Assembly: GCA_002269645.1 (NCBI GenBank)
Contig: NIVC01000486.1
Location: 390,327-454,326, forward strand
Length of the DNA stretch: 64,000 nucleotides
DNA from: Macrostomum lignano
Taxonomy: Eukaryota
Reading direction: 5' to 3'
A model generated the notes under the pieces. It had not been told where the DNA came from and ran no database searches. It was given only the letters and a program-made list of their open reading frames with translations. Below are positions 49,785 through 63,399 of the stretch, in pieces (positions within the stretch are counted from its first letter, which is position 1; each line of letters opens with the position of its first letter). The position numbers and the translations under genes were made by a program.

Positions 49785-50025
49785 AACAGGTGGGATAATA
49801 ATCCTAAATGAGATCGCACTAGCGTAACGGGTAGGATAATAATCCTCAATGGGATAGCCCATATTCTAACAGGTAGGATAATAATCCTCAATGGGATCAC
49901 ACTTAATCTAACAGGCGGGATAATAATCCTCAATGGGATCACACTTAATCTAACAGGTAGGATAATAATCCTCAATGGGATCACACTTAATCTAACAGGC
50001 GGGATAATAATCCTCAATGGGATCA
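49785..50025. repeat. 42-bp minisatellite GGATAATAATCCTCAATGGGATCACACTTAATCTAACAGGTA
   Basis: About 5-6 units. Confidence 0.9.
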
Positions 50026-50172
50026 TATAGTTCTATACAAAGCGGGAAATGATTAAAAGCATAGTGATTGAATATCGGAGCTGCAGTGAAAGGTCCAACT
50101 GTGCAATGAAGCTGGGTGCATTAGTAGGGGTTGGGATCAAGACAGTGCGATCAGCTGACAGGCAACGCTGTC

Positions 50173-50505
50173 TCAGGGCAGGAAGGCCGGCCTGATGACC
50201 CACTCGGGGGTGCCGGCAGGAATCGGCCGCTGACTCCGGGTGGCCTCGTCGCGGACGCACTTGCCGAGCTGGGCGCGCTGCTTCACCGTGGCAAAGCGGC
50301 GCATGAACGCCTCGCCAAGGCTCCGCTTGATGTCGCGCACCCGGTCAGACTCCCAGGCCAGACAGCGGACTCGCAGCGTCTCGTCCTCTTCTTCCTCATC
50401 TGATGAGGTCAGATCGCGGGTGAGCACGATTCGGTACTGCTCAAGATCGTCAGGCGACAGGTTCGGCAGCAGAGTCTCGAAGGCCTTCTGACGGCGGCTC
50501 AGCTT
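50173..50505 (-). CDS. Terminal coding exon of an uncharacterised protein (acidic SSDEEE motif, LAWES, SQRPIP..P.W)
   Basis: GC-rich, acceptor TGCAG before 50505, protein-like composition. Resembles the C-terminus of C14orf93-like invertebrate proteins (weak, from memory). Confidence 0.55.
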   Translation of the reverse strand, partial: KLSRRQKAFETLLPNLSPDDLEQYRIVLTRDLTSSDEEEEDETLRVRCLAWESDRVRDIKRSLGEAFMRRFATVKQRAQLGKCVRDEATRSQRPIPAGTPEWVIRPAFLP

Positions 50506-50769
50506 CTGCATATTTAGGTACAGGAAGGTAGAGAAGCGGTATGAACTACTGTAAGTAGCGAAATTGAATTTTACATATTTTCAAAAATTTTACTTCATAA
50601 AATATTTCCAAACAGCTGAAATTGGTAAATATTAGGTGTTAAATTGACGGGGCAAAATCCGACAGTGTGGAATCTGGCACAAACTAGGTAGGTCATGGTG
50701 AATGACCACAGAATGATCCTTTTGATAAGCATCAATAAATTCAATGATATTCAATGATATTGCTGACTG

Positions 50770-51140
50770 AGTAGCAGAGCTCACTCAGAGACATTGGGGA
50801 TTGAGTAGCGGAGCTCACTCAGGGACATTGGGGATTGAGTAGCGGAGCTCACTCAGGGACATTGGGGATTGAGTAGCGGAGCTCACTCAGGGACTCACTC
50901 ATGGACATTGGGGATTGAGTAGCGGTGCTCACTCAGGGACATTGGGGATTGAGTAGCGGTGCTCACTCAAGGACATTGGGGACTGAGTAGCGGTGCTCAC
51001 TCAGGGACATTGGGGATTGAGTAGCGGAGCTCACTCAGGGACTCACTCAAGGACATTTGGGATTGAGTAGCGGTGCTCAATCAGGGACATTGGGGATTGA
51101 GTACCCAGAGCTCACTCAGGGACATTGAGCATTGAGTAGC
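50770..51140. repeat. 34-bp minisatellite GGGATTGAGTAGCGGAGCTCACTCAGGGACATTG
   Basis: About 10 units. Confidence 0.9.
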
Positions 51141-51499
51141 TCAGTCACTCAGACTCTCCAACCAGTAGCAAGACTCTCTCACCCGCTTCCATCTGCCACT
51201 CTTTGCAGCAGACTTTCTACGCACAATAATCCACTTAAGTTCGTAAGCAAAGTATTTTGAAATTTTGCCTGAAAATTGAATTATCAGAATTAATCTATTT
51301 TCAAGCAGAGTATAAAAAGCAAAAAACTTACAATACTATTCAAGCGAGTTTGCCATGTCAGCCCAAAAGAGCTACGTTTAAATTTTTTATATTTAATAAG
51401 ACCTGATGGCACAAAAACTTTTTTTATTTAGTAGATCATTTTAAGTTTTAGTACTACTTGCATTAGTACATGTGTATGCAGAAGATGGAAACAGTGTAG

Positions 51500-51900
51500 G
51501 TACCCCAAGGCCCAGTGTCAATGTACATTTGTGGGGCTTGTGCCAGTTCAGTGGGGGAAGGGAGACACTGTACGGTAAGGGAAGGCCCAGTGTCAATGTA
51601 CATTGGTGGGGCTTGTGCCAGTTCAGCGGGGGAAGGGAGACACTGTACGGTAAGGGAAGGCCCAGTGTCAATGTACATTGGTGAGGCTTGTGCCAGTTTA
51701 GCGGGGAAGAGAGACAGTGTACGGTAAGGGAAGGCCCAGTGTCAATGTACATTGGTGAGGCTTGTGACAGTTTAGCGGGGAAGAGAGACAGTGTACGGTA
51801 AGGGAAGGCCCAGTGTCAATGTACATTGGTGGGGCTTGTGACAGTTCGGCGCGGGGAGAGACAGTGTACAAAAAGTCGAGGCCCAGTGTCAATTTACACT
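51500..51900. repeat. About 75-bp tandem repeat
   Basis: GGCCCAGTGTCAATGTACAT recurs about every 75 nt, 5 or more copies. Confidence 0.9.
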
Positions 51901-53309
51901 TGAAAAAAATCTAGTCAAAAACCGATCTGGAAGGATGCCTTGTGGCTGTTTTAAATTCTCATAATAACCGACTTCACTCGATAAGAGCGCCAGGCACGCC
52001 TTCGCTTATCCATAACAAATTTTCTCTCCGAGTCAAATGACGTCTTCATCTTGTCGCTGGCAGCTGGGGGAATCGATTTGTAATAGATAATAACACAAAT
52101 AAAATTTACAGTGGGAGACTAAAGCTAGCAAGGGCAGAGATTGACAGAGACAGGCAGCTTAAGACAGGCAACTGACCACGCGCAATCGGGCAGACTTTCT
52201 GGCTGTCCGCCGGTTGTACAAAATCATATGGGCCAATCGGCTGTGAAAAATTTCCACGTTAGCTAAAATAATTATAATAGCAATATAATTGATATACAGA
52301 TAACTGCAGTAATTAGCGCACAAGCCCACACTGAAAATGCTGCTGCCTTAAAAAACGCTGCAATATGAATTTGATAATTCCTATCGTCCAAATTTTGAAT
52401 AATGCTGTTTTTAGCTTGCAAGTGGGAGATGGCTATAAGCATTGAATATTAATTAAATGGAAATTGTCATTGAAACCTTAAAAACCTCCAGGAACTCCAT
52501 CTCCGCACACACAGTGCACATCGCAGATACTATGCCACTCAGGCATATTCAATACATACTTAGTAAAACAGCTTTCTACTTTCAGTTCAGTAGCAAAGAA
52601 GAATACATAAGCTATTTTATAAGAATAAAGGCCGCTGAAATGACTTTGATAAGTTTAGAAGCCCAAGCTTGCAGGCGTAAACAATTTGCTAGCTAATTAG
52701 TTAAGCAGTAATGTACATTAGCCAGTCCACTGAAATGTACATGGCAGCTTTAGGCTGGAATTCCGAGAAAGGCAATAAAAATTGGGCGTAGTGTGTAAAG
52801 GGGGCTGTTGGAGGGTTTAAGCTAGGGGGGTAAGAGCCAATAAAAAGAGCCTTGGCTTTAAAAATACCATAAAATGCTTCTGTTTAGCTAACTACTGAAC
52901 TGAAAGTAGTTTATACGAAACGTGCTTTGTGGCCCATCTAGTTATTATCTATCTCACGTAGATCTTTGGTGCACACACAGACAAACTGGCAGGCCACACA
53001 CATCTCCCAACACAGGCACTAACCACGCGGAGTCGGCCAGCTCGTTTAGCAGTTCTCCGATTAGACAATACAATATTGCCCAGCCGCCTGTGGAACTGTT
53101 CTGTGCTGGCTAAAATATTTCATGAGAAAATATTTATATATACATATATGCTAATGTATATAGATCTGCTTTTAAAAGCAAATTAGCAGAATGCTGTCAC
53201 AGTGCTGCCAAAAAAAACGCTGCTGCTTTTTTATTTAAAAAATAATTGCATGGTGGAGTTGTGTTTTAAACTGCCTCAGAGGCCAGGGACCACTGGAAGG
53301 TCAGGTGCT

Positions 53310-53778
53310 CAGGACTAACCTAGCTGTTCAGTCTCAGGTGTTCAGGACTAACCTAGCTGTTCAGTCTCAGGTGTTCAGGACTAACCTAGCTGTTCAGTCT
53401 CAGGTGTTCAGGACTAACCTAGCTGTTCAGTCTCAGGTGTTCAGTCTCAGGTGTTCAGGACTAACCTAGCTGTTCAGCCTCAGGTGTTCAGGACTAACCT
53501 AGCTGTTCAGCCTCAGGTGCTGAGGACTAACCTAGCTGTTCAGTCTCAGGTGTTCAGTCTCAGGTGTTCAGGACTAACCTAGCTGTTCAGTCTCAGGTGT
53601 TCAGGACTAACCTAGCTGTTCAGTCTCAGGTGTTCAGTCTCAGGTGTTCAGGACTAACCTAGCTGTTCAGTCTCAGGTGTTCAGGACTAACCTAGCTGTT
53701 CAGTCTCAGGTGTTCAGGACTAACCTAGCTGTTCAGTCTCAGGTGTTCAGGACTAACCTAGCTGTTCAGTCTCAGGTA
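53310..53778. repeat. 33-bp minisatellite TCAGGACTAACCTAGCTGTTCAGTCTCAGGTGT
   Basis: About 13 units, some with a 14-bp internal duplication. Confidence 0.93.
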
Positions 53779-54814
53779 GGTTTTCAGGATTTCTAGAATT
53801 AATCAAAACGTCCTACTAAAATAACCAGCTTACACTTTTGTTCTGAACCATTTCTTAGCACTTTTGCGATGCTTCTCAATGGCAATGCGCTGAGCTGTGA
53901 ACCAGGCGGAACAAGTCTCTAGTTTAAAAAAGTTATTAAGGTAAAAAAAATTTTTAAAAGACGACGCTAAAAGCAGAGCCTATTCACAACCATAGCGTCA
54001 AAGAGGTTTCAACAGAAACAAAAAGATTTCACCCCATACTACTACAAGTAGGCAGCTTACATTACGAATTCGACCGGATTTTTTTGCACTTTTACGATTT
54101 CTCTGCACTGTAACGCTCTGCGATTGAAACCACGTGAGTAGCTTGTCCGTCAGCTCTGACGCGTCATTAAAATATTATTCAATAAAGCTAGTTGAATAAA
54201 GATTAGCTAATTCTGAGAAATTATAGATATCGCGTTGTAGAGGCTTGCGTGCAATAGAAAATATTGAAAAAATAAGTTTTTTATTAAAAACACCAGGAAT
54301 TTACTGTTTTCCATCGTTTGGACGTTTGGCACTGATTCTATGCTTAGCCATGGTGACGCCCTGGGTGACAAAATATCTATTGATTGCGCCTGACGGATTG
54401 CGGCGGGGTGTTGCACCTTTAAAACACTTATTTAACAATATAAACAGCAAATGGCAGCAAACCGCCTGCTGAACAGAAAGATAATAGAGCGCGTTGAAGA
54501 GGCAATTTTCACAACTTACAGCCTTTTGCCTGTTACTCTTGCGCCAAATTAATCTGGAACGCAAACTAGACTGCTGCAGGAAACCGTATTCCTTCTGACA
54601 CGTGGCTGCGTGAGTGCGGAATATTTGTTTCTTAGAATTTATATTTAAATATCGTTTCTTATAACATACTTTAATAAAACAAGCTATGATCTCAAAATGG
54701 CTCGTTTCACAAACTCTCAAAGCTTTCGCTATTGATTTGATTTTATAAATGTAATTTTAGAAAAAAATCTGTTGTTTCGAAGTTTCCGGATATTGTAATC
54801 TCTTAATTGTAGAT

Positions 54815-55625
54815 GACTAGCGTCTGTCTAAATGCACATAGGGTTGGGGGTGGGACTAGGCACAGTATTCTGTGGGACTAGCGTCTGTCTAAATGTACAT
54901 AGGGTTGGGGTGATGACTAGCGTCTGTCTAAATGTACATAGGGTTGGGGTGATGACTAGCGTCTGTCTAAATGTACATAGGTTTGGGGGTGATGACTAGC
55001 GTCTGTTTAAATGTACATAGGGTTGGGGTGATGACTAGCGTCTGTCTAAATGTACATAGGGTTGGGGTGATGACTAGCGTCTGTCTAAATGTACATAGGT
55101 TTGGGGGTGATGACTAGCGTCTGTTTAAATGTACATAGGGTTGGGGTGATGACTAGCGTCTGTCTAAATGTACATAGGGTTGGGGTGATGACTAGCGTCT
55201 GTCTAAATGTACATAGGGTTGGGGGTAATGACTAGCGTCTGTCTAAATGTACATAGGGTTGGGGGTGGGACTAGCGTCTGTCTAAATGTACATAGGTTTG
55301 GGGGTGATGACTAGCGTCTGTTTAAATGTACATAGGGTTGGGGTGATGACTAGCGTCTGTCTAAATGTACATAGGGTTGGGGTGATGACTAGCGTCTGTC
55401 TAAATGTACATAGGGTTGGGGGTAATGACTAGCGTCTGTTTAAATGTACATAGGGTTGGGGGTAATGACTAGCGTCTGTTTAAATGTACATAGGGTTGGG
55501 GGTAATGACTAGCGTCTGTTTAAATGTACATAGGGTTGGGGGTAATGACTAGCGTCTGTTTAAATGTACATAGGGTTGGGGGTGATGACTAGCGTCTGTT
55601 TAAATGTACATAGGTTTGGGGGTGA
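54815..55625. repeat. 39/40-bp minisatellite GACTAGCGTCTGTCTAAATGTACATAGGGTTGGGGTGAT
   Basis: About 20 units. Confidence 0.97.
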
Positions 55626-56204
55626 ACTCAAAAGACGGTCACGTGATTCTACGATCTGGAAGCCTCAACAAAAGATTTTTTAAATACACGACTGAATTAT
55701 TTAATAGCTTTTCCACCTTACTTGCGCACCTTTTCAATCATCTTTGAATTTCTTAAACTGGATTCCCCCAGCATTAAATATCGACTTGATTGACTGAGTT
55801 TTTAAAACTACCAGGTTAGCTAGTATCTTAAATATAATGAGATTTATAGCATTAGCAGAAGTCTACAAAATCGGAGCACATTATACTATTATTATCACTA
55901 ATATAATACAATTTGTGGGACAATAAATATGACTACAACATTGAAGCCAATGCACAGAGGCCTGGTGAACCCCCCGGTTCCAGCAACTCGCTTGGCATGC
56001 TAAATCAATCGGAGCCGAGACTCACCATTGTTCGCCTGTAAAATTTGGCCACATTCCTACGATTAGACAGAACTGGCTGCCTATACTGTGAGTAGACGGA
56101 GCTTAGCACGGCTGCAAAATAGGCGATTGTGAGTGCCGAGAGATGCTCAGCTGTGCTGCTGCGACTGGGCTTGCGTTGCTTAATGTCTGATTAGCACTGC
56201 GGCT

Positions 56205-57032
56205 TGGCCCAGTGGGAGGCTGGCCCAGCAACTGAGGATCTGGGAGGCTGGCCCAGCAACTGAGGATCTGGGAGGCTGGCCCAGCAACTGAGGATCTGGG
56301 AGGCTGGCCCAGCAACTGACACTCTGGGAGGCTGGCCCAGCAACTGAGGATCTGGGAGGCTGGCCCAGCAACTGAGGATAAGGGAGGCTGGCCCAGCAAC
56401 TGAGGATCTGGGAGGCTGGCCCAGCAACTGACACTCTGGGAGGCTGGCCCAGCAACTGAGGATCTGGGAGGCTGGCCCAGCAACTGACACTCTGGGAGGC
56501 TGGCCCAGCAACTGACACTCTGGGAGGCTGGCCCAGCAACTGACACTCTGGGAGGCTGGCCCAGCAACCGAGGATCTGGAAGGCTGGCCCAGCAACTGAG
56601 GATCTGGGAGGCTGGCCCAGCAACTGAAGATCTGGGAGGCTGGCCCAGCAACTGACACTCTGGGAGGCTGGCCCAGCAACTGAGGATAAGGGAGGCTGGC
56701 CCAGCAACTGAGGATCTGGGAGGCTGGCCCAGCAACTGAGGATATGGGAGGCTGGCCCAGCAACTGAGGATAAGGGAGGCTGGCCCAGCAACTGAGGATC
56801 TGGGAGGCTGGCCCAGCAACTGAGGATCTGGGAGGCTGGCCCAGCAACTGAGGATCTGGGAGGGTGGCCTAGCAACTGAGGATCTGGGAGGGTGGCCTAG
56901 CAACTGAGGATCTGGGAGGCTGGCCCAGCAACTGAGGATCTGGGAGGCTGGCCCAGCAACTGAGGATCTGGGAGGCTGGCCCAGCAACTGAGGATCTGGG
57001 AGGCTGGCCCAGCAACTGAGGATCTGGGAGGG
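56205..57032. repeat. 28-bp minisatellite GGGAGGCTGGCCCAGCAACTGAGGATCT
   Basis: About 29 units. Confidence 0.97.
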
Positions 57033-57729
57033 GGCCCATGTACACGTAAGTCTAGTATTCGCTATAAAAGTCTGTCTAAATCTGCAGATTTTTAAGAAGT
57101 GTTGCAAGCATAACGCAAAACTCAAATCGGAATCCAACAGCAAACATGAGAGCCAACAAGCCTACACCAACTGACGCTAAATAGTATAGTTGAAGAAAAC
57201 GACAAACAAAATGTTAAATTTATAATTTTAGGGAATAATTAATTAGGATAATTAATGCATACAATGGGCCGCACTTCTTGAACAGCCGGGACGCCAAAGT
57301 TCTGGCGCAGTGGGAGTCTGCACACCAATTTTAGAACCAAGTAGTGTATGTAGCTCAATATAAATTGCATTGACTCAATAAATTTTTACGATTATAAATC
57401 TGAGACACCTGGGCAGCGGCAATTATAACTAATTTTAAGCGATTTTTACGGCAGACTTGCAAACACTCGCTGGTTTCTTTCTTTCTCTGTAAACCTCTGC
57501 AACGCTATAGCTTAATAATTCAATTGAATACGGCAGTATAAGTTCATTTAAATAGACATGTAACATACAGGTAAGAAATGCAGTAAATATTAATTAACTT
57601 ACTGCGCCAAACTTCAGCGTTTGCTGCAATGCCGGACACAGCCTGGGCCTGATCGATTACTTTCTTGGCCACCATCTGATTCATCGGGTGCTCGAAGCTG
57701 AGCAAATTGGAGTGGCGTTGGGTTGGCTG

Positions 57730-57789
57730 CCTGTCTGTCTGTGTGTGTCTGTCTGTTCTGTCTGTCTGTCTGTCTGTCCGTCTGTCTGT

Positions 57790-57830
<41 letters not shown>

Positions 57831-57863
57831 TCTGTCTGTCTGTCTGTCTGTCCGTCTGTCTGT

Positions 57864-57914
<51 letters not shown>

Positions 57915-58041
57915 TAGTGTCTGTGTGTCTGTCTTAGTGTCTGTGTGTCTGTCTTAGTGTCTGTGTGTATGTCTGTCTTAGTGTCTGTGTGTATGTCTGT
58001 CTTAGTGTCTGTGTGTATGTCTGTCTTAGTGTCTCTGCGTA

Positions 58042-58080
<39 letters not shown>

Positions 58081-58155
58081 GTCTGCCTGTCTGTGTGTCT
58101 GTCTGTCTGTGTGTCTGTCTGTCTGCCTGTCTATCTGTCTGTCTGTCTGTCTGTG
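57730..58155. repeat. (TGTC)n compound microsatellite
   Basis: Read directly. Confidence 0.95.
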
Positions 58156-58376
58156 CGGCAGCATGAAGCAAAGGCACAACTCACGGTTTAGCAAAGTCGA
58201 ACAGGTGTGGTCCGCTGCCTCGCAAATTCTTATAAGTGTCCTTCAGAAGATTCTGGAATTCCCAAGACATTCAAAGTAATTATATATAAAAACATTAACT
58301 TTTTATTGGGTCACTGGCTCAATCCCATATTTTAAGAAATTTTTTGAACAAGAATTGCATTCTACATTAGCTACTA

Positions 58377-59681
58377 CGAGGGGCGTACCGAAAGTTTTGA
58401 GATACGCCGAAACCACAAATATCTGAAGCAAAATTTCTGTCACAATTTTTTGAAGTAGTTGCCACCAGCTTGCACGCATTTCCTCATCCGGTGAAACCAC
58501 TGCGTTCAGGCTCCAGCCCACTGTTCTTCTGGCACTGCTGACACCACCTGCTCGAACTCGAATCTTGCTGCTTTAGGGCTCTCAAACCGAGTCCCACGCA
58601 GTTGGATCTTCACCAAAGGGAAGGGAAAGAAGTCGCAGGGTGCCAGGTCAGGGAATATGCTGGATGCGTCCAACTGGACTTCATTCTCGGCCAGAAATGC
58701 CAATGTTGCAACAGCCATGTGCGCACTGGCATTGTTGTGGTGCAGCAGCAGGCCACGAAGTCCGGTGCGCAGCCGGCGTCTGCGCCACGCATCGAGCACG
58801 AGCGGCAGGCACTGGTTAGTATACCAGTCGGCATTGACTGTCCGCCTGTTTTGGAGCGCTACAGTCGCCAATTGGCCGGCCTGGCTGAAGAAAGTCGCCA
58901 CCATCTGCTTCCCGACGCTGCGGGCCCGCTTAACTTTCGTTGGAGTGGCATCGTCCGGAAGGAGCCAAACTGCAGAATGCTGCTTGGTTTCCGGGTCGTG
59001 CTGGCAGACCCAGGTCTCTTCGCCACTGATGATCTCCCAGCATCACTTTGAAGTCCCAGAATCAAATCTTTCCAGCATAAACTCGCACCAAAGCACCCTC
59101 TCCGCTTTCTGGTTCTCCGTTAGGTTGTGGGCACCCAGCGGGCACACCGCTTGGAGGCTCCCAGCTTGTCGTGCAGGATGGTCGTAACTGCTGCCGATCC
59201 AATGCCGAGAGCCTCTCTGACCTATGCACAGGTCACTCGCCGGTCCTCGTCAATCATTCTTCGGACAGCAGCGATGTTTTCGTCCGTGACAGCGGAAGCT
59301 GGACGTTCCGTCCGAGGCTCGTCATCAAGGCTGCTTCGGCCCCACTTACATTCGCTGTACCACCGAAAAAACTATGGCACGTGAAGGGGCTTGATCTCCA
59401 AAGACAGCATGTAAAGTTTCAACGCACTGCTCCTACGTGAGACCTTTTCGCTGGTTGTAAACAATCATGACTCGAAAGTCGCGATTTGTCACTTCATTGG
59501 AGCAAGTACAGTTTGGTAGGGGGTATCGTTTTTAAGGATGTGATTGTGAAAGATTGACAAAAGCGCAAAGGCTGAAAATTAATACTCAATCATCTTAAAG
59601 GTGGTACAGTATGTAAATAAAAATTCCTGCAGTTGTGATTTATGAGTCAGCCGTATCTCAAAACTTTCAGTACGCCCCTCG
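58377..59681 (-). mobile_element. Mariner (DD34D) element, 1305 bp, transposase decayed
   Basis: 30-bp TIR CGAGGGGCGTAC(C/T)GAAAGTTTTGAGATACG, TA TSD at both ends. Minus-strand fragments: VFRWY...LDDEPRTERP, RWVP/HNLTE, SGEETWV, LLHHNNASAH, PDLAPCDF, with stops and frameshifts. Confidence 0.95.
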
Positions 59682-59911
59682 TATAGTTAATAGCTAGCTA
59701 GTAGCTAGGCCTTTCCATTTGCTTATTTCCGCTACACTGACTGCTACAAGAGCTCCATGAAATGCTTTCGCTACGTTCATTAATTAACAAGCCAGGCTGT
59801 CTATCTAATAAGGAAGAGAACTGAGAGTTTTCAATAAATTTAATTCATACTACTCAGAAAGTTCATATGGTAAGTAGGCAGTGCGAATTTTAACTCTTTT
59901 TTGGCACTCAC

Positions 59912-60532
59912 CCGAACATCCACGTTGCTGGGGCCGCCAGCAGCGCAAGCGCCGGCGCCGCCGCTGAAGCTGCTCTCCTCCTCCAGCAGCAGACAGTCGT
60001 CGTCTTCGTCGTCCCCGGGAAACGATGAGGCTCCCCCAGCATCGCTAGCAAAGCTGTCAACGTGGCCGAGAGTCTGCTGATGAAGCTGCTGGTGCTGCTG
60101 TTCCAGCTTCACGCCGAGTAGCGGCTCCTTCGGCTCCAATTTGCACGGCCGCTTTGCCGACGGCGGACTGGCGCCATCGCCGGCGCCAGCAGCAGCGGCA
60201 GCACTGGAGCAACTGGCCGCGGCTGAGTGATGCTGGCGGAGACTCTGCTGCTGCTGTTGCAGCTGCTGCAGCTGTTCCTGCAGCTCCCGATTGGAGGACT
60301 GCACCTGACCAGCGCACGGCTGCATCACATCAACAGCCTGGTGCTGCAGGTTGCAGATGAGGCGCACAGCGGCCACCAGTTCGTCCAGCGTCATGCTGTC
60401 CAGCAGCATGCCGGCATTGAGCAGAGTGGACTCAAACAGGGTCAGCGCGGAGAATGAGGACTGAGCAGCTGACGGCTGCTGCTGATGATGGATAGGTAGC
60501 ACGGATGCGGCAGACATGACTCTGGTTGACAA
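59912..60532 (-). CDS. Coding exon of an unidentified low-complexity/coiled-coil, probably nuclear protein
   Basis: ATG at 60532, GC-rich codons, poly-Q coiled coil, PPSAKRPCK NLS-like motif, acidic tract, phase-0 GTGAGT donor at 59911. Confidence 0.6.
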
Positions 60533-61214
60533 TTGTCTTCAGTGTTGAACAAATGGACAAAGGGCTTGGAGAGTTAGATATTGCTGGCTGGAAAAATTGC
60601 AGCAATAAAGTATTTTTTACATGCCTGACATGTCCGCTTAAACTACTGACTAATGAGTAGCTTGAAGGAGTATTACTACTCGCATGAGAAATACAAGTGC
60701 GGGGTGGGTCCTAAACTGACCAGCAAGGTTTTTATAAGTTTTATTATGCAACGATTTTGTAAAAATCGAGTTCATGTTCTATGCTACTTACTAAGTAGCT
60801 TAACTAACTTTCTTTTGTAAGATAGTAAAAGAAAAAAGGAAATAAAAATTAACTATTATATTTTTACAAGGACAGTAAATTTGTTGTATAAAACAACAAA
60901 TTAAATGTCAATAGTCATTTGCTTTCAATTAAAACTTAAAGATAAATATTTATAACAAAATTTACAATAATATTAGCAAACTCGTGCAGAATTCGGACAC
61001 GAAAAAGCACATTGAACTAAATGCAAAGTAAGACAGATTACCACTTGTTGACAACATTACGTAACGAAATCAGTTGATGATTAATCACGTAAGGAAATTA
61101 TGGTTACTAAGTACAGCAGATAGGATAACTTATTGATATGAATGCATTAAAAACTGAGAACTACAAATAAGAGATTACAGGATAGGACATAAATGAATAC
61201 GAGTATTAGAATAT

Positions 61215-61490
61215 GGTTTAGAGAATGGGGGCCTGGAGGAGAGGAGTTGTGTACACTAGGATAGGTGTTAAAGAATGGGGGCCCTGGAGGGGAGGAGTGT
61301 GTACGCTGGGATAGGGGTTCGAGAATGGGGGCCTGGGGAGAGGTGTGTACAATAGAATAGGGGTTAAAGAATGGGGCCTAGAGGAGTATGTACACTGGGA
61401 TAGGGATTAGAGAATGGGGGCCTGGAGGAGAGGAGTGTGTACATTGGGATAGGGATTAGAGAATGGGGGCCTGGAGGAGAGGAGTGTGTA
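61215..61490. repeat. About 48-bp minisatellite (GGGATAGGGGTTAGAGAATGGGGGCCTGGAGGAG...), resuming at 63400-63520
   Basis: The same unit lies on both sides of the 61491-63399 insertion. Confidence 0.85.
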
Positions 61491-63399
61491 CCCCGCCGGG
61501 CTGAATTTAGCCGTCTTTTATCCGATGCGTTGTCCGGAGTTTAATCCGGCAGGAATAGCAAATTTACATGCAAAAAAACGGACGAAAACCGGACGAAAAG
61601 TTTACAAAACGGATGAAAGTGTTGAAAATATGACGTTTATCCGGTTTGGTATCCGGCTGTGTGTCCGGTTATTGCCCGATAAGTAATCCGGAGGAAGCCG
61701 GATGGGAGAGCGGAGCCAATTCCGGATGAAAACCGGATGAAATGTATGGATGTTACAGCCGGATAAGAAACCGGAGCCATTTCCGGATCAAATGTATGGA
61801 TACCTGTATACTGTCGTCGGATAATAATGGATATTCTAGATGCTTATTACTCAGCCTTAATTTGTGCTCTTTACAGCGGCTTCCAAAGGTTTGGCACAAA
61901 AATTGCACTATGTGGCGGCTATTATAGCTACGGCTCCTGCTCCTATCTATAGCTGCTGCTCCTGCTATGATTCTGCTCGTATCTGTATGAACAAGCGAGG
62001 AGCTCTAGAGAAGCTTACTAGTAGAAAGCTTTCGGCAGGGGCGCGTCCAGAGGTTTCAGGATGGGGGGCCGATCAGGAGAGGGGAGAGAAGAGAGAGGAA
62101 GGATGAAAGAAGAGAGAAGAGATGAGATAGGAGAGATGAAAGAGGGGAAAGGAGAGATGAGAGAGCAGAGACAAGAAATGTGACAGTAGAGCTAGAACAG
62201 AGGAGAGAGGAGAGGGAAGAGAAATATGTGAGAGCAGACATGAGAGACAGTGGGAGACAAGTGGAGTGGATGGGAGGAGAAAGGAGAAAAAGGGGGGAGA
62301 ATCGAGAGGACAAGAAGAGAGGGGAAGGGAGAGAAGAGGGAGGAGAGGAAAGAGAAGAATGGAGAAGGGAGAGAGTAGAAAGAAGAGGAGATGGAGAGCA
62401 GGAGAGGTGAGAGATGAGAGGGAGGAGAGAGTAGAGACGAAAGAGAAGAGGTGAGGGAAGATGGACGAGAGAAGAGGGGAGATATAAGCGAAAATAATTC
62501 CGGGGATCAGAATTCCACATGTTCAAAATCCGCGGGTTTCAACAGCTAAGGTAAAAAAACTGAAAGTGGGGGGCCAATGGGGGGCCATGGCTTTACAGGG
62601 GGGGCCTGGGCCCCCTAGCCCCCCCCCCTTGGACGGGCCACTGGCTTTCGGTAATTAAAACAGAGGATTATAAGGCTTTAATCGAACAGTAAGGCGATCT
62701 ATATAACTTTTATCCCAACACATACATGGGCGAATGCCGCTGAAAAAAATTGTAGGGCCAGCGCCAGTTTAATTAGATGCAAATATTTCCAACGGGTATT
62801 GTAAACAGTACAATAAATAGACATGGCATGATCAATAAAATTTCCTGTCAACATTGATGCCCGGTGGCATCTGGTTAATAGATTCGGGTACAGAAGTAAA
62901 CAACGGGCACATGTCCAATCGGCAGTCTTTTCCGTGGTATTTGAGCCGCAGTCCGCGTTTTGCTTCTCCCGGTCCATTTTTGAGCCTTGTGCGCTGAAAA
63001 TTGACATTGACTTCAAGTGAACTCCCTCATCCGGATTTTGTCCGTTTCACTATCCGGAAGTTTATCACTGTAAGCCGGATTCACAGCCGGATAAAAACCG
63101 GAACAACTCCGGGTAGAAAGTTATGATTCATCCGACTTTCATCGCGCTTCTTATTCCGGTTGGCAGTCCGGTTTTCATCCGCTGATCGACCGGAGCAGGA
63201 ATCGGACACAATCCGGATAAAATGTGATCATAAAAACACTTTAATCCGGTTTTGCTCCGGAGTTTCCTCCGTTTGTTAGTCGGTAAGAACTGCCGGATCA
63301 AAACCGGATAAAAATTCATTTTCGTCCGGAAAAGTCTAAAATTACGGATTAAACCGGATGAAGGCCGGGTAAATACCGGGTACCGACAGCCAGGCGGGA
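61491..63399. mobile_element. Non-autonomous DNA transposon with CCGGA-rich subterminal regions
   Basis: Short TIR CCCGCC(G/T)GGCTG; dense CCGGA/TCCGG motifs at 61491-61830 and 63020-63399. It interrupts the minisatellite at GTGTGTA|CATTGG. The TSD is unclear. Confidence 0.65.
62036..62643. mobile_element. hAT-type MITE (608 bp) with a GA-rich core
   Basis: Imperfect TIR CAG(G/T)GGC(G/C)CGTCCA; 8-bp TSD GCTTTCGG at 62028-62035 and 62644-62651. Confidence 0.85.

Noticed and set aside
51441-58279. ORFs over the 75-bp, 28-bp and TGTC repeats
   Set aside because: Repeat-derived, open in several frames, no domain content.
62056-62526. Ser/Leu-rich and Glu/Arg-rich ORFs
   Set aside because: GA-rich low-complexity core of a MITE.
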